Assembly (NCBI GenBank): GCA_002633005.1
Contig: NMRA01000685.1
Coordinates: 1-64,000, forward strand
Reading direction: 5' to 3'
Source: Phoronis australis
Taxonomy: Eukaryota; Animalia; Phoronida
Length of the DNA: 64,000 bases
In this document: positions 13,608 through 26,400 of the stretch, one piece after another
Layout: every line of letters starts with the position of its first letter
Numbering within the stretch: the first letter of the stretch is position 1
The notes under the pieces: generated by a model
Told to the model about the DNA's origin: nothing
What the model saw: the letters and a program-made list of their open reading frames with translations, nothing else
Database searches by the model: none
Program-made: the position numbers and the translations under genes

Positions 13608-14412
13608 CAAGCGACTAAAAGTCCAGAAAGATTTAAAGGTCAAATTTAAGCACCATTAAGTATGAGAGTGTTGCTTGGAAAATCCCCTACTAGCTCAAAA
13701 TACAAAACTGACAGCGCCGCCATCAATTGAGGAACTGCCAAAACAGTTCAGAAGGACACGTGATGTGTTACTGATGATGGCTGCACGATATTGACAAGAC
13801 AAAACGTTTGAGTCAATTCTACCAATGAAAGAACGGTTCCAAAGGGGTTGAGCAAAATGTCATCAGCAGGAATATTCCTGACCAGGTTTGAACCTGTACC
13901 CTGTGGGTGCACCTGATGATAAAAAGTAGGCCTTTTTCAAAAAGTTGTGCCCAGCAGACTTAGTGTAATTAAAGTGGTAACACATGAAACAGAAACCCCA
14001 AGAGTAATCGAACTAAGAACAGAGTCATATTTTACGCGACTGGCTGTAAGTTGACTAGAATCATGCCTTTTTGGAAGAGCGTTGCATTTTGAAAGATGTG
14101 CCTGGTGGGCGCACTGCTGCAACGTACTTGGGCTTTTATATTTTTATGCACTAATGGTGCAGTACAGGAATATCCCTGCATCAGTTCACTTGTGTAGCCA
14201 TATCAGTATAGTCAACAGAATAGAAGCACCAAAAAAGGGGGGATTGCAGAGCTAGAACTAGTTAATTACCAACCCACTGACTACAACTGTGTACTTACGT
14301 ACTTCAGTGTTTGTGCAATATAAGTAAGAGCAGCACATTAAACAATGTGGTGACAGAGCTAGGGTTAAATCTATATTGCTGTGGTCGTACAGATGGAGAC
14401 CTGTGTACTTAC

Positions 14413-17400
14413 CTCTGCCAGTGTCCACTGCTTCCCTTTGTACACCTGTAGTGCCTGGCTGTAGGCTCTTAGGGAATGTTTCCTCTGCAAGTTAGACGCA
14501 CATAATGAAACGGTGCTTATAGAATTTGGAGTCAGTATGAAGATAGCATGCGCATAAATGACTCGCTGAAGAAATGGCATTAACGTGTGTTGAACAATAC
14601 CTTAAAGCAGAAGGTGTGACCGTTAGTAACATTTCTAAGCTGACAACTTTCACAACCCAGACAACACAAAGAAATTTCCAAGCTTTAATTTTACTTTAAA
14701 TGTACACGACAATATGTGTGTTTACAGGTTTGGACAAAATATTCAACAAGGCACGGGACTGTAAACACATGTATTGACAAAGCTTGATGCAGAAAGCTAT
14801 TGGGTAAATGCATAGCAAACTTTGATTGTTACACAGTTCACAGATATAAACAGTGATGGTTTAATTGAAAATTAAGTTGCAGGACTCTGTATAACCAAAT
14901 TTGGATTTAAACGTCTTACCACAGTTACAAAAATGATCGCAATGAGAAGTGGTCCCTGGATTACAATAAAATGACAGTTCGTCAATTTTTTTACCATGCT
15001 CAGTGTCTAAAACAAGCCAATGACATGCCATTACTTATAACAAGCCAATGCCCTGCCATCACTTATATCAAGCCAATGACATGCCATCACTTATATCAAG
15101 CCAATTCTTCCCACGCCTAGACTTCACCTCTCATCAGAATAAGGCGTAAATTTTAAATTAAGTCATTAGTGATATGCGGCCTAAATCAAAAGTTAGTTTT
15201 TCCAACAAAGGCGAGTTTAAAGCCAATGACACGGCTCAGTATAAAGCCACCCTGTATGACAGTGTGCCCCACCTGGCTGGCTTTGCTGAACATGACCCTT
15301 GTATTATAGTGTGCCCCACCTGCCTGGCCTTGCTAAGCCCAACACCTGTGTAACAGTGTGCCTCATCTGGGTAGTCTTCCTGAACCTGACCCCTGTATAT
15401 CAATGTGCCCCACCTAAGAGGCCTTGCTAAACCCAATCGCTGTATAAAAGTGTGCCCCACCAGACTGGTGTTGCTAAACCGGGCTCCTGTATAATAGTGT
15501 GCCCCACCAGGATGCCCAAGACCTGACCCCTGTACAACAATGTGCCCTACCTGGCTGGCCTTGCTGAACCTGTGCCCGGCCAGGATCATGTGGAATGCGT
15601 ATTTGCGCACCATTGGCGTCTTCATGTTCAGGAAGCAATGAGCAGCCTGCTCCAGTAAGAGTGCACTGCGTAGATCTGACTCCTGCAAAGGACCAGATCA
15701 TACTGAGATGTCTCAACAGAAGACTCCAAATTCAAAGAAATGTGCGGGTTCCTGTATATTTAAAACAGTCATGCTTTCCAAATCAATAGTTCATGTGAAT
15801 TAAGTGATCAAAGCTCGATTAAGAGCAACACTTTTATGTCACTTAGTCCAGGAATGTTTAGGTACATGTGAACCCCCATATCTTTCACAGACTATGAATG
15901 CTTCTCTAAAGCAACAACAACAAAACTACTCGCTGGACGGTGTCAATGTTGACAGGCAAGTTTTGAAAGTTCCAAAACGAGAAATGGATAAGTGCGAGAA
16001 CTTCTATTGATGGAAGACCCAAAACTTATGCTTGACTAAATGCAAGTAACACCAAAAAGATGTAGCTTTACTGAGGACTTCAAATAACAGAGCCTGCCTC
16101 TGTTCGTACCTCACTGGTGAGCTTGATGAGTTGCATGGCAGCCTCAGCGTACATTCCACGACTCTTCAGTGCTTCAGTGCTCATCAGCACTGCACGAGCT
16201 GCAAATTGAGGTGCTCTGAAAAACATACAGTATTACAGTGACTGACAGCCATGACAGTGATTGTTAAGTTTGACAGGCGTCCTCTTATAATGTACAAACA
16301 TACACAACAACATGGTTATTGACAGCTATGATGCATAAAAGTAGAGCAATGACGTTTATGTTTGACACATCTGTCCCAAGATACAGCAGGATGATATCTG
16401 GGAGCCATGACACACCAAAGTGCAACAAAGAGATTTATGTTTGACATAAACAGGCATTTGAAACTCATAATGCTTCATTACCATACAATATTTGCAAAGG
16501 TTTGGGACAAAAAACTTTGCCAAGCCTTATCTCCGAACAAACAAAATCTACAGGCACCTCCATCACAATGGTTGCACATGATTCTATGAAGTTGTATTTT
16601 CTTTTGATCACATTTAATGATTGTCCTTTAGTTGTGATCAAGCAATGAAATTTCGAAAACAATCACAAAACCCAAAATCATGGTAGCTATTTTAGCGCGG
16701 CTAAACAGTACCAGAATGCATACGCTAACGACTCGTCATGTAAATGCACGCATCTCATATAATCTTGAAGTGAAGTTAGCAGTGAGCTGGAATTTATTTA
16801 CTTGTGGGAGGAAAGGTCATCTCCCATGACAAGGCAAAATAGCTTCACTGAATGCTGTCTTTTCTGACATTCTTTTGAGATTTTTGTTGCCGCGCCAACA
16901 CTCAAAATCAGTTAAATATGACAGATCTGTTTGATACTGATTATGTAGTTCCGTGCTTATACGTTAAGGAAATTCTGAGCAGACAGTTTCGGTCCAACCT
17001 TTATGTTTCATTACACAGACACAGTACTGAGATAGTGTCGTGACTGGCGCCAGTGGTGGTTACAAAGAACAGTTGAGACTCAAGTGCCTGTGCTTTGACC
17101 CAAGACCTGAGATAGTATGGAAACCTACATAGAAAGATGACTGCAAGAACTGTGTGTGACAAAGAGGTCAATGCTTGACCATGTCCCTATATAATGTAGA
17201 CATATACATACCAACATGGTTAATGATAGCCATGTGTTTAGGACACATGACCTGCGATTAGGATAGTGAGGACGCACCATCCCCAACACGTTTGGCCACT
17301 GCCCAATATGATAACAACGAGTTAGCATTCTTGTCAACCTCCCACTGGACAGAAATTAGGTATAGGAAGTGGATTATGTGGAATTGAGCCAAATGGAATC

Positions 17401-20400
17401 AAATTAATGTAACTAGTAAACCTACATTAGGCAGCAGCGTAGCTACTCGTTTCCAAAACAGGGTTATATTTCAATGGTGGCAGAAAAAATGTCGACTCAC
17501 TTGCACGACTGTAGGTAAGTAGATATGGCCGATTCCATATAATGGTGGGGGCATTGCCTCTGTGTATTGGCTCCTTGCATGAATACCGACAAGCACGCCA
17601 TCTCCTGGAAGGCAAGGAAACAGCTGGTGTAATATTGTTCAGTGACGTCTGCTTTGTTCTACAGCAGGGCGTTGTAACTGTCAGTTAATTGTAATTTATT
17701 CATAACAAGTGAATACTCAGACTGTTGAACTTACAGGCTAATTCCTTATCTCCGTAATTGCTAGGCCAAATTAGTTAGAAATACAACCTACAGCGATGAT
17801 GTGAATATGAAGTGGGTTGCAAATTGCCAATTGTTTTAAAGAACGAGTTTTGTGGTAACAATGATCAGCCGAAAATCAATAAAACAGTGTTTAGTAAGTA
17901 CGGTGACAAGGTGCTGGGGAATAACACTGCATGATGCAGGCTACGTGAGCCCCAAGGTACCTCATTAGGGAGAAGGTCATCTATTGGCAGAATTTATATT
18001 TTCACTGAAATGCCCCCACAGAGGCACTGCTAACGAAAGACTTCTAGAGGTGTTAATAAGTATCATAAGTACCATTAGATGGTGCAGAATATGTTGGACA
18101 TGTCCGAAAAAGGGAAGGCGTCATCATCTCTTGAAGACAAAAATAATTTGGTAAATTTCTTGAAAATCCGTCAAAGAACCCCAAGTATTACTGTACAGAG
18201 ATAAGATTGAAAAAGCAAATTGCCATTATGAGCCGAAGAGGTAGTCCAATTAACAGCAAAGATCCTGCAAAGGGTTAAGGACACACAACTGTGGACACAT
18301 AAAAACATCATCATGTCCCTAATAGAAACCTATTTGCTGAATTTCATAAAAATATGTTAATAAACATTGGAGATACAGAGGCAAATTTGCCACTAGGAGG
18401 GACAGCGGTATTTGGATCAGTTTGACACTTAATAAAATCCGTCTTTGGCTCCATACAAACACATCTCTCAAATTTCACAAAATTACCAAAAAGGGTTAAG
18501 GAGATTTCACCGCAAACGCAAACAAAATCGCCACTTGGGGACAACACAGTAGTCGGAGTGTCTGAAAATCAACATGAGTCGAGGCCTTTACATCAGGAAG
18601 ACATTTGCAAATTTTCATAGTGATCCATCCTTTGAGTGCATTGGCAGATAGAGAGGCAGATGTCACAAAACAGATAAAACAGACTCAAAAACAACAAAAA
18701 TGGCAAGACGGTGGTGTAAAATACCTCAAATCCGTTCAAAAATGAAATGGCACAGTTGTCTTCTTAATAGAAATCTATTTGCCAAATTTCATGAAAGTCC
18801 ATCTTGGAACTACGAAGATACAGAGGCGAACATAATAACTAAAACTGCCACTGGGCGGCACAGCAGTAGTCAGATCGGTCCAAAATACGTTGTCATCTGT
18901 CGTCAGCTTCATAGGAGCACAACTGCCAAATTTCAAAAAATCCTGCAAGGAGTTTAGGAGTAACGTCAGCGTTTGCTAGACTGATGATGACAGTATGCAC
19001 TCACACATAAATATGCCAGCACATAAAGTATAACATAACTTTTCAATTTCCGTTATAAACTTGGCCTTTTCGAAGCATACAAATATCATTTTTGGAGCTA
19101 TGCAGTCGTTTCACAGCATCTGCAAACGCCAAGCAGTTGGCACATTTCCAAAACCATCTTTCCTCCAAAGATTATAACAACCGCAAATTTAGTCTACTTC
19201 GAAACTGGCACAGACTTCAAGTAAAGGAATGCTGTCTTCTGCTTAGACAACTGAAAAAAGACTCCAGTTTTCTAGCACTTATCATGTGGTATCTTCCTTA
19301 CCAGGGCTCCGGCCAAATATAGCCATGCATGCTCGTTGTTGAAGTCACGTTTGACAGCGTGGTATGTTTGGTAGGCAACTTCGTACATGTGGAACATGAA
19401 TGCTAGATCTGCCAGTCGCCTCATTTGCATCTCAGGTGAGTCTGTGGGATACCTGGGTAGAAATAATTACATGGTCACCATCCTTCAAGATTGATGGGAA
19501 CATGTCATAAAACTCTTTTTCTCAAGTCACATCAAATTTAGACTCAGCTGGGAGCTTAAAGTACACTTTCATGGGGGAAATTAGTGACGACCATTGGGAA
19601 AAGAGGGGTATCAAAAATTAGTATAGGTCAACCCTGAGACCAAACAGTTCAAGACAGCCAATAGGATAAAGAAATAGGCTAATCTGAATACTGAATTTAA
19701 CAGGTTATATCAACATAAAAAGGGCTCAACACTACCATGAAGAGCTAAGGAAATAAAATTAGAAGACAAGTTGACAACTATCGAAAACCTGAACAGAAAA
19801 AGAGACACTGAAGGTGCAAAATACATCCAGGTGTCATGAATGGTTTTCAGTATTTTCAATAATCCACTTCAAAGCTGGCAGTTTTGAAAGAATCCAGCAC
19901 ATCTATGAGAACAACTTGTAGTCGGCCTTGCATACGTTGTATTCGTTGACTGTTGAATTGTCTTCTCTGCCGGCTTGTTGCCACCGAACCACTTCTTGGT
20001 AGCACTGAACAGTGATCGGCCGACGGTTTTCTTTGACTGGATCTGAAAGTTGTACCAAAAAATGAGAGATCGCCTGCACGTGAACAGCACTTGGGTTCTG
20101 ACATTCTTTCACCAGCCAATTACTCTAAATGATGTACTGCAAGACAAAGATCATCTTTTTACACTCTTGCTTACCGAAGCTTTGTTTGTTGACACCCATA
20201 TATGGTTAGTATAAAACGTTTAACAGTTCATTTGTATATAATTTGCATATAGCCAGCCAGCGTGACCTTGACTTCCACCTTGTCCTGCAGTCTGCCACCC
20301 TTCGAGAAATAGCAATGCACAAAGCAGTAGGATTTTCTAACATTTTTGTCATGATGTTGTTGTTTTACTCATTTTTTATTGCTGGCAACGGGTTTCACCT

Positions 20401-23400
20401 TTTTCTTCACAGTATGGAATGAAAAGAGACACGTTTTGAGTGGTAAAGTAATCTGACTTATAATATTCAGTGAGTAAGAAGAAAATGGTATTCTTATACA
20501 CAAGTGGTAATCAATGACATCTAAAGAGGCTTACCAGTTCAGTCAGTGTCCTCATGGTCTTCTCACACCAGGGAATCAAACCACGGACAATGAACTCATG
20601 CACAAATATCTTCAACCTATCATGGTCGCTGACGGTCAGAAAGGCTCCGTGCTGACTAGTATTGAACGGCGTGAGTTTAGACACGGGTTGCTTGACATTG
20701 TTTGGCACTTGGACGCTGTTTGCTGTGATCGTTTGAGGTTCGTCGACAGTAGATGAGTCGTTGTTCAATGCGAGAGGGTGGTCGATGGTTATTGCAGCTT
20801 GCCCGTTCACTGCAACATCCAAAGTTGTGATTGTAAATGAAAGGCAATCACAACGGTGCTTCACAAATAGATCTATTAAAGTGACTACTTTCTTATTATC
20901 AAGCACGAGAGTAAATTATAACACACTTTTAAGAAGACAAGTAAGAAAGACTAGCGACGTGTTTCTCAAAGAGTCTATCGCCAAAAGATGAATTTTTCTT
21001 GCCTTCTTGATTTAGGCCTTTTGTCTACTCTCTTGCTGGCTACAGATTTCGATCTTTTGGTTTCGAGCTGCAAACAGATTTGCTGGCCCATATCATTAGT
21101 CTGATTTTGTGAAAAAGGTTAAGCCACCCATAGGCTAATCTTTAGGTGTAAGTCAAAAAGACTCTTCTAGAAACAGTCCCGGGCTCCTGCCCAGACACCC
21201 AAATGCAGAAGACAGCAACACCATATGAATCCATGTATATCTATGTGACTTGTGTGTGTGTGTATGAGTGCCTGTGCGTATGCACGTGTGTGTGTGTGTT
21301 TGTGTGTGTGTGTATATGAGCAAAAGCTTGATTGATCGACCCTCAAAATTACAATACTTGGATGCATTGCAGCAAAGTTTGACATCACATTTAACAATGA
21401 ATGGAGAGCACCTTAGGAACTTAAGAAGCTATCACCAAGCCTTGTGCAGCAATGTTTAAAATCGAATGCCACTTTAGTACACAATCATGAATTTTATGCT
21501 GTAAGCTGTCATTTGGAGCTATATACTCCAGGATAATTTTAGGAGGGCAACCCGTGTCATTGGCAAAAAAGTAATTTCATTGACGCACTGTGATTGCATG
21601 ACCCGGGCCAAGGGGCCCATTAAAACTGGAGGTGAAAAGGACAAAAAATAAAATGGCCCACAAGTCCTCCAAATTGGCCCATGGACTTGAGGTCGTTTGG
21701 GTCAATTCACCCATACCCACGTTTTTTTAAAATGATCCCAGTATACTGATTGAAATGAAACTAGTTGAAATTTTCGACTAGGCAGCTTTTCTAGGATCAA
21801 GCTCTGTGGCACACGAAGTTTTCAAAAACAGGACGTTCCCAGCAGACAGAAAATAAAGCCCAGTTGTCAAGGAATACCTGTTGCCGCCACGGGAACAGTT
21901 TCGGCAGGTGGGTTGTTCGATCCAAGGTCGGCCATGGAGTCAATCCTAGGTATGCTGTTGGACCTGGTACCCTCCGACAACTGGGAGGGAAATGCCGCGT
22001 TATCTGACTGAAGATCAGAGTCCAACTCGGACACATCCTAGGCACAAGATGTACGGAAACATTTTAGAACTCTTTTTATTTCCCATGCTCTGCACACTGG
22101 TGATCATGACAAGCTACCAATGGTACTTATCAGCGAGAATCATAACCCTTCCAAATGTATCAATACCACTTGTCCTTTGAGTAATGGATATCAATTATGA
22201 ATTATGTGCCCTTCAACTATCAACAGCAAGTGAATACTACAAGTGCAAAAAATAACGTTCAACTATACCACAAGACTGGTCTAGTAAAAAATCCAACCAC
22301 CTTTCACAAAGAGTTAAAAGATGCGGTCTCATTAAATTGGCCGTACTTCGGGAGCGAGTTTTGCGATATGCAGAATTAATTAAACACAGGACACTTTTCG
22401 TTATTGACAGTCTTCATTCCGTTTTGTTCATATGTTAGGAATAAAACTCTACTCTCAACAGAACATAGATGAAGTAACTGACCTAGCGACATAATCAAAA
22501 GGTACACGATATTTCGAAACATACTTGTTTCATTCTCAAGTGGATATAAAATGACGCAGTAACGCGACGATGGTGTTTGCATTGATCGATTTATTTGTTT
22601 AATATCAATTGACCATAAACACAATACAATATAATACAAAGCTACCCAAAAATAAACAGAAACGGATAAGGATATTCATAAACTAAAAGTAAGGATGACA
22701 AACACGACCAAGGAATAAGTAAAAGAAAACTGAAAAAACACATGGAATAGTAGCAACTCGTTTTCATCATGGTGCGTCTTTTTAATCATGATAAAATAGT
22801 GAAAAAAGAAAAACACGAAACAGACATCATACCAGTGAATTGTTGACTTTGCGTGACATGAATTGTGACCAGGGATCAGGTAGGTTCTCCTTGACTTCTG
22901 CTGACATGTTTTCAACGACCTGACGAGAGTTTATCTGCAGCAGGTGGCAGTTTGTTGAATACGTCGTTTTCATGCTTTGGTACACTGCTTCGGCTCTGGA
23001 AACAAACGTGAGCATTAAATCAGCACGTAGTGATTACATTAAACTAATCAAACTTTTACTAGTTTCTGACAACATTTTCCCACTATACAAAACTTTCAGA
23101 AAATAAATAGCAAACCAATAACCTGGCTTTATAGTTTAGGAGAATACTGTACTTAGTATTCCTTGAACTTTAGGCAAGTTGGGAATAACGCTAACTGAAA
23201 GAGAAAGCAAAACAAAATTCTCAGGTCAAACCACACACGGAGAAAGAGATACTGATTAACTTCCAGACCAGCCAAGCCAGAATATGCTCTTAACCTCCAC
23301 CCCTCCACAACTTACTTAGACTCTTCCCCTTCAGTGACATCATGGATCAGGACATAATACTTGAGTATGTTGGGTGAAAATGGCTTGGGTTGTCTGCTGG

Positions 23401-26400
23401 CCGCCATCTGCTGATGCTGCAGCGTGAGTCGACCATACTGGTCCAGAGGGTCGGGGTGCGCCGATGAGACGACAAAGACGCAGGCCAGATAGTGTCGGAG
23501 GAACTCGTGCTCTGACGCGGCAAGTACATTCAGGAAACAGTTGCGGTATGCCTCAAACCATGGCGTCGACTCTGCAAGGAACAAAGTGATGACCATGATT
23601 TTGTGTGCCCAAACAATTTGTGAAACAAAAGCAAGACCTACTGCTCTTTCCCAACAGATGCTTACTCATCAGAAAAAGGAGAGCAGGTCACTTAATCATC
23701 TACTTCTGATAGGGTTTCTTGAAGGCTAAAAGCACTTGAATGTATAAACCAAATATTCAATGTAGGCAACCTTGTAACTAGACGTACTTTAAAATTATTG
23801 TTTTTAAATATAGATTTGCAAAGGGCTAGCACAGAAAAGATAGGAGTTTCTCAAAACAGTTAGCTTACGTGACAACTGCAGGTCATAGTCGCCTATGGTA
23901 ACAAAGTTGGCGCGGGCAATGTTCTCTGCCAGGGGCTGCGTGCTGGCCACAGCTTCACTGGTCAGTTTCCTGGCCATCGTCGGCTGTGGGATGGCAGCGT
24001 TGAAGTCCCTCATGGAGACTCTCAGATTATGAATGGAGTGTGCCATGCCGCCAGCATCCCTTATGTGAGCTGAAAGGTGTAAATGGATCTGTAGATTGTA
24101 TATACAGCTGCTGGAACAATGTGCAAATATAAGAAATTTACACAGAGGATTGAGACCTGGACTAGGAACGCCAACTTGGTCAATACTCTGACGGCTTCAA
24201 TAATGCACCATCGTACTCCAGAATAAGTTGCAACGAGAGGCTACAAGGTCGAATTGTGCTACTGTGCACATTTTTGTCAAGTTTTCTTTCACTCACTCTA
24301 AACCCAGAGAGATTCAAAGCTGCAGGCACTGCGTTATGGGGATCGATCTAGACTCTGGCAGTTGAGCAACACGTAGTGAGATGCAAACACATTGCAATTA
24401 ATTATATGTGAGGCACCAGGGGTTAGTAATTTCAACTCCATGGTTAAAAATATAGCTGTACCAGCGTCTAAGTGTTAAATCAAGGGACTTTAATTAAGTG
24501 AACCAGCACGTCATCTTCTTCCAAGACAATTTACATTGTGTCACATAAGTCCCAATTGCTTTCAACCAAGCAGTGTCAGTGCCAAGGTATTGACCATTAA
24601 ATCGTAATTGTATCAGTCAGGTAACATCACTACATTAATTGTACCAGTCAGGTAACATCACTACATTAATTGCACCAGTCAGGTAACATCACTATATTAA
24701 TTGTACCAGTCAGGTAACACCACTATATTAATTGTACCAGTCAGCTAACATCACTATATTAATTGTACCAACCAGGTAACATCATGATGAGAGTTACAAG
24801 AATCACAATTTTTGTGTTATTTACATGTTATGTTTCGTTGTGCTATTTTGAGATTCGACAGTCAAAGACTTAAGGACTAGATGTTTTAAAACCCTCTGCC
24901 ATTCGTCAAGGTTTCTCTGTTATTTACATACAATATATGATAAATTTTGTGATAGCGTGGTGCTATTGTGAAAGGCCCCTGAACTTGGAACGTGTTGCGG
25001 CTTGTCATGATTTCTCTCTTATTTACACATGATATATTTCGGAAGCCATCAGCATTTTTTATTTTCTCTGCCAGGTCAGGAAATAATACTCGTCCCAAGT
25101 CCTAACTTTTTCTGCCACCCACGAAGTGTTCGTTGTATATTGCCATTCGATTCTCACTGGGAGCCATCAGGATTGATGCAGTTTGTGGTTGTTAAAACGC
25201 TATCTCTCCAGTGCCTTGTTCATATTGTGGTCTTCACCCTTTTTTCTGTTGCAACCTGGTATACAACATATCCCCATTTTACTAGCAACTAAATCCAACG
25301 AGGCTGTCCAAATAACAAAGCTTCTCACATGTGGAGCTGTCACTGAGTACAAATTGGGTCACAGCCTTGTTATTAGAGTGGCCTCCCCAGTCTTTTTATA
25401 GCTCAGAATATGGTCTTTATCACAGCAATTATTGGTCTATGAACAATGAAGTCAAACAAAATCCAAACATAGACAGTGCCACCATCTGATCTGGGACAGA
25501 GAAGCAGGCTCAGACAATAGGCATCCTATAGGGCCGCCATACACCAGAAACTTTTCAGCAAATTAGGCCTCACACTGGCTAAGCCATCGAACTCTAGTTG
25601 CAACAAGTACATCACCTTCGGAGGCTACCGATGTATTGAAATCCACCCAACTTGAACAAATACTCTAAAAATTAAGATTTTTCCAGTGCCTAGTCATACA
25701 TCAACGATGCCATTTTGTCCAAGTATGAGAGATGCAACCCTGCCAACCAAGTTCCGAGCACTAACAGATCACAGAAGTGTAGTGCATTAAAGATTGTCTC
25801 AATCTCGAGGGCATGGAAGTCAACGTCAATGTGACTAAAAAATTACATGCAAGAGACGTGTATAGTGACGTAATCTCAATACAAAAGGCTCAGTTCATGA
25901 ATTCGTTGAGAAAACGAAGGATTAGTCAGAAGTGCTGAATGCGGAGTATTTGCTCGAGTTGGAAGGATTCAAAGACTCAAACCGTCTCCAAAGGTGCCAA
26001 TCTCCACTCGAAAGGTACATACAATAACTGACATTGAGAGTTTATCCAGGGTTAAGAGTAATTTGCAGAAAACCTTCAAACCTCCCAGCTATATCAGGAT
26101 GTATCATTGTCATGTCTATATTAACAGCACTGGTGCAAAGCTGTAGAAATATACAGCCTGGCACCATTGTGGGTAAAAATGGCCAATAAATCTTACACAA
26201 AATTAGTGCTGGTGAATAAACTAACTTATTTACCAATGCTAAGAAAATTGAAGTTCTATCGTTGTTCTGATGCTAAATTTGTAGAGCTATCTTATTTGTG
26301 GGTTTTCAGCATCACTGAGCGACACCTATTGGCCAGTTTCTTTATTCATCGATTCTTCAATCAACTGTTCTTCTTCCACAAGGTTGCGTAAATGCCGCAA

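Noticed and set aside
19444-19454. CAG|GTATCCC at a TRAPPC8 exon start as a U12 donor
   Set aside because: Lacks the TT at +7/+8 and encodes conserved Tyr-Pro coding sequence.
24605-24784. CAG|GTAAC donor-like motif in the 31-bp minisatellite
   Set aside because: Lies antisense to TRAPPC8, and there is no evidence of a plus-strand transcript.
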